Shown here: piece after piece, positions 62,590 to 64,000 of the stretch
Numbering within the stretch: position 1 is the first letter of the stretch
How the letters are laid out: each line of letters starts with the position of its first letter
Source of the DNA: Mustelus asterias
Lineage: Eukaryota
Direction: 5' to 3'
NCBI RefSeq assembly: GCF_964213995.1
Contig: NC_135807.1
Span: 90,148,001 to 90,212,000 of the forward strand
Length of the DNA: 64,000 nt
Translations under genes and position numbers: made by a program
Notes under the pieces: model-generated
The model's database searches: none
What the model was told of the DNA's origin: nothing
What the model saw: the letters and a program-made list of their open reading frames with translations, nothing else

Positions 62590-64000
62590 CTCATGTATTG
62601 ATGCAGACTCGATGGACCGAAGGGCCTCTTCTACACTGTATGATTCTATGTCATCCCTCTGAGATATCTGTGCTTATGTAATCCAGGCCTATTGAGCCTC
62701 TTAGGTTCTAATTACTACACTATTGTGGCTCTGCGTTCAGTTGTTGAATTCATTCCCCAAATATCTGTGATTCTCCATTTCTCTTTCTTCATTTGTAACA
62801 GATCCCAGTTAACCTCAGGCCTCCTATGCAAACACAAGCTGGAGAATAGCCACACATGTGCAGTTTGGGGTTTTTCCTTACGGTCTTTGGGATGGAAAGG
62901 GCTGCATATGCACAGATAATCCGATTTCACATCTTCAGACTGGAAACTGGCCCCGTGCACATGCACAGAAGGAAAATCAAAAGAGTGAAACAGCATGAAA
63001 TTGCAGGTCAGGTCACATTCAGAGGCGTGCCATTGCAGAGAAGATGTCCCATGGAGCAGAAGATGGAGAGGTTCCAAACCAAGAAGGTAGTGTCAAACCA
63101 GAATGTGGGATAGAATGAGGTCCCAGTAGACCCAGCTAAGAGAAAAGGTCAGAGATCAAAAACAGATCCTGTTAAGTAAAGTTGAAGTAAAGAAAGGGCA
63201 AAGATAAAGGATCCAAGTTAAACACAGAGTTGCGAGGGGCACTCTTCAAGTGAAGTGCATTTAAGAGAAGCCCTGAAGATATGCGAAGGCAGCTGAAGGT
63301 TGGTGACTCCATGCCAAAGGCTGGAAGGGCAAAGATATCCTTCTGGAGCATGGTTTTCTGCTTGGCACAGCTGAAGATCTGAAAATGTGCTTGGAGGGTG
63401 AAGTGTGAGAGTACATGGTGATCCAAGGAAAGGAATCGCAGAAGGTCGAGATTGAAATGCGAGAGGCAGATCCCTGTGGAAATCATCTGGGGAATGATGT
63501 CTGAAGAGAATTCTAAGAAAAGTTCTTCAAATGTGGAGATTGGAAAGCTCTGTCAGAAAGAGTCGATTGGCTCACAGGGTGACAAGTATCAGTGGGTTTT
63601 GAAGAAATCCATAGAATCTGCTTTGGTTGCATCTTTTGTTCACTTTGTAATGCAATGTGCCTGAACACAGTTGTTTCACATGTACTGTATACCTACCCTG
63701 AATATTAGAATATCAGATAGTTACTACAAACTATTTATCTGTCTGAATTTGTATGAGTCTGCAAAGATATTGCTAGAGTAAAGGAAATTCACCCTCGCAA
63801 TATCTAAAGAAATTCCTATAAATTTGTTTCGGAACTTACCTCCATGGTTTCTAAAAAGAAAGTTAGGATCTATCAAGTCAGGTTTTACTCTGGGATTGGA
63901 CTACTCCAGTAGTAACATTGGCAGAGATTGCAACACTCTCAAAACACTCTTAAAAGTTATCTTTGACCAATCATTTGGTCATCTGGCCTAACATCACCCT

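Overview
Eukaryotic, repeat-dense vertebrate DNA, most likely a shark: it carries many HE1/V-SINE copies and HER1-like CR1 LINEs. The only host gene I can support is the 3' end of CSMD3 on the minus strand, with three spliced coding exons (60212-60125, 57057-56922, 55161-55002) and a probable ~2 kb 3'UTR. The rest is transposon material: an apparently intact Ty3/gypsy LTR element whose gag-pol frame runs off the left edge (RT motif YLDN, no tRNA-type PBS), a young 5'-truncated CR1 LINE, Penelope-like elements (PLEs), decayed PIF/Harbinger elements and their MITEs, and L2/Rex1 fragments. There is also a 200-N assembly gap. The most interesting signal is a set of three ~235-255 bp, TSD-flanked, palindromic PLE-derived mini-elements carrying a minimal hammerhead-ribozyme motif on each strand. 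They fall into two families, one with a compensatory U3-A8 catalytic core, and two of them lie in CSMD3 introns. All calls were made by eye, and the boundaries of old repeats are approximate.
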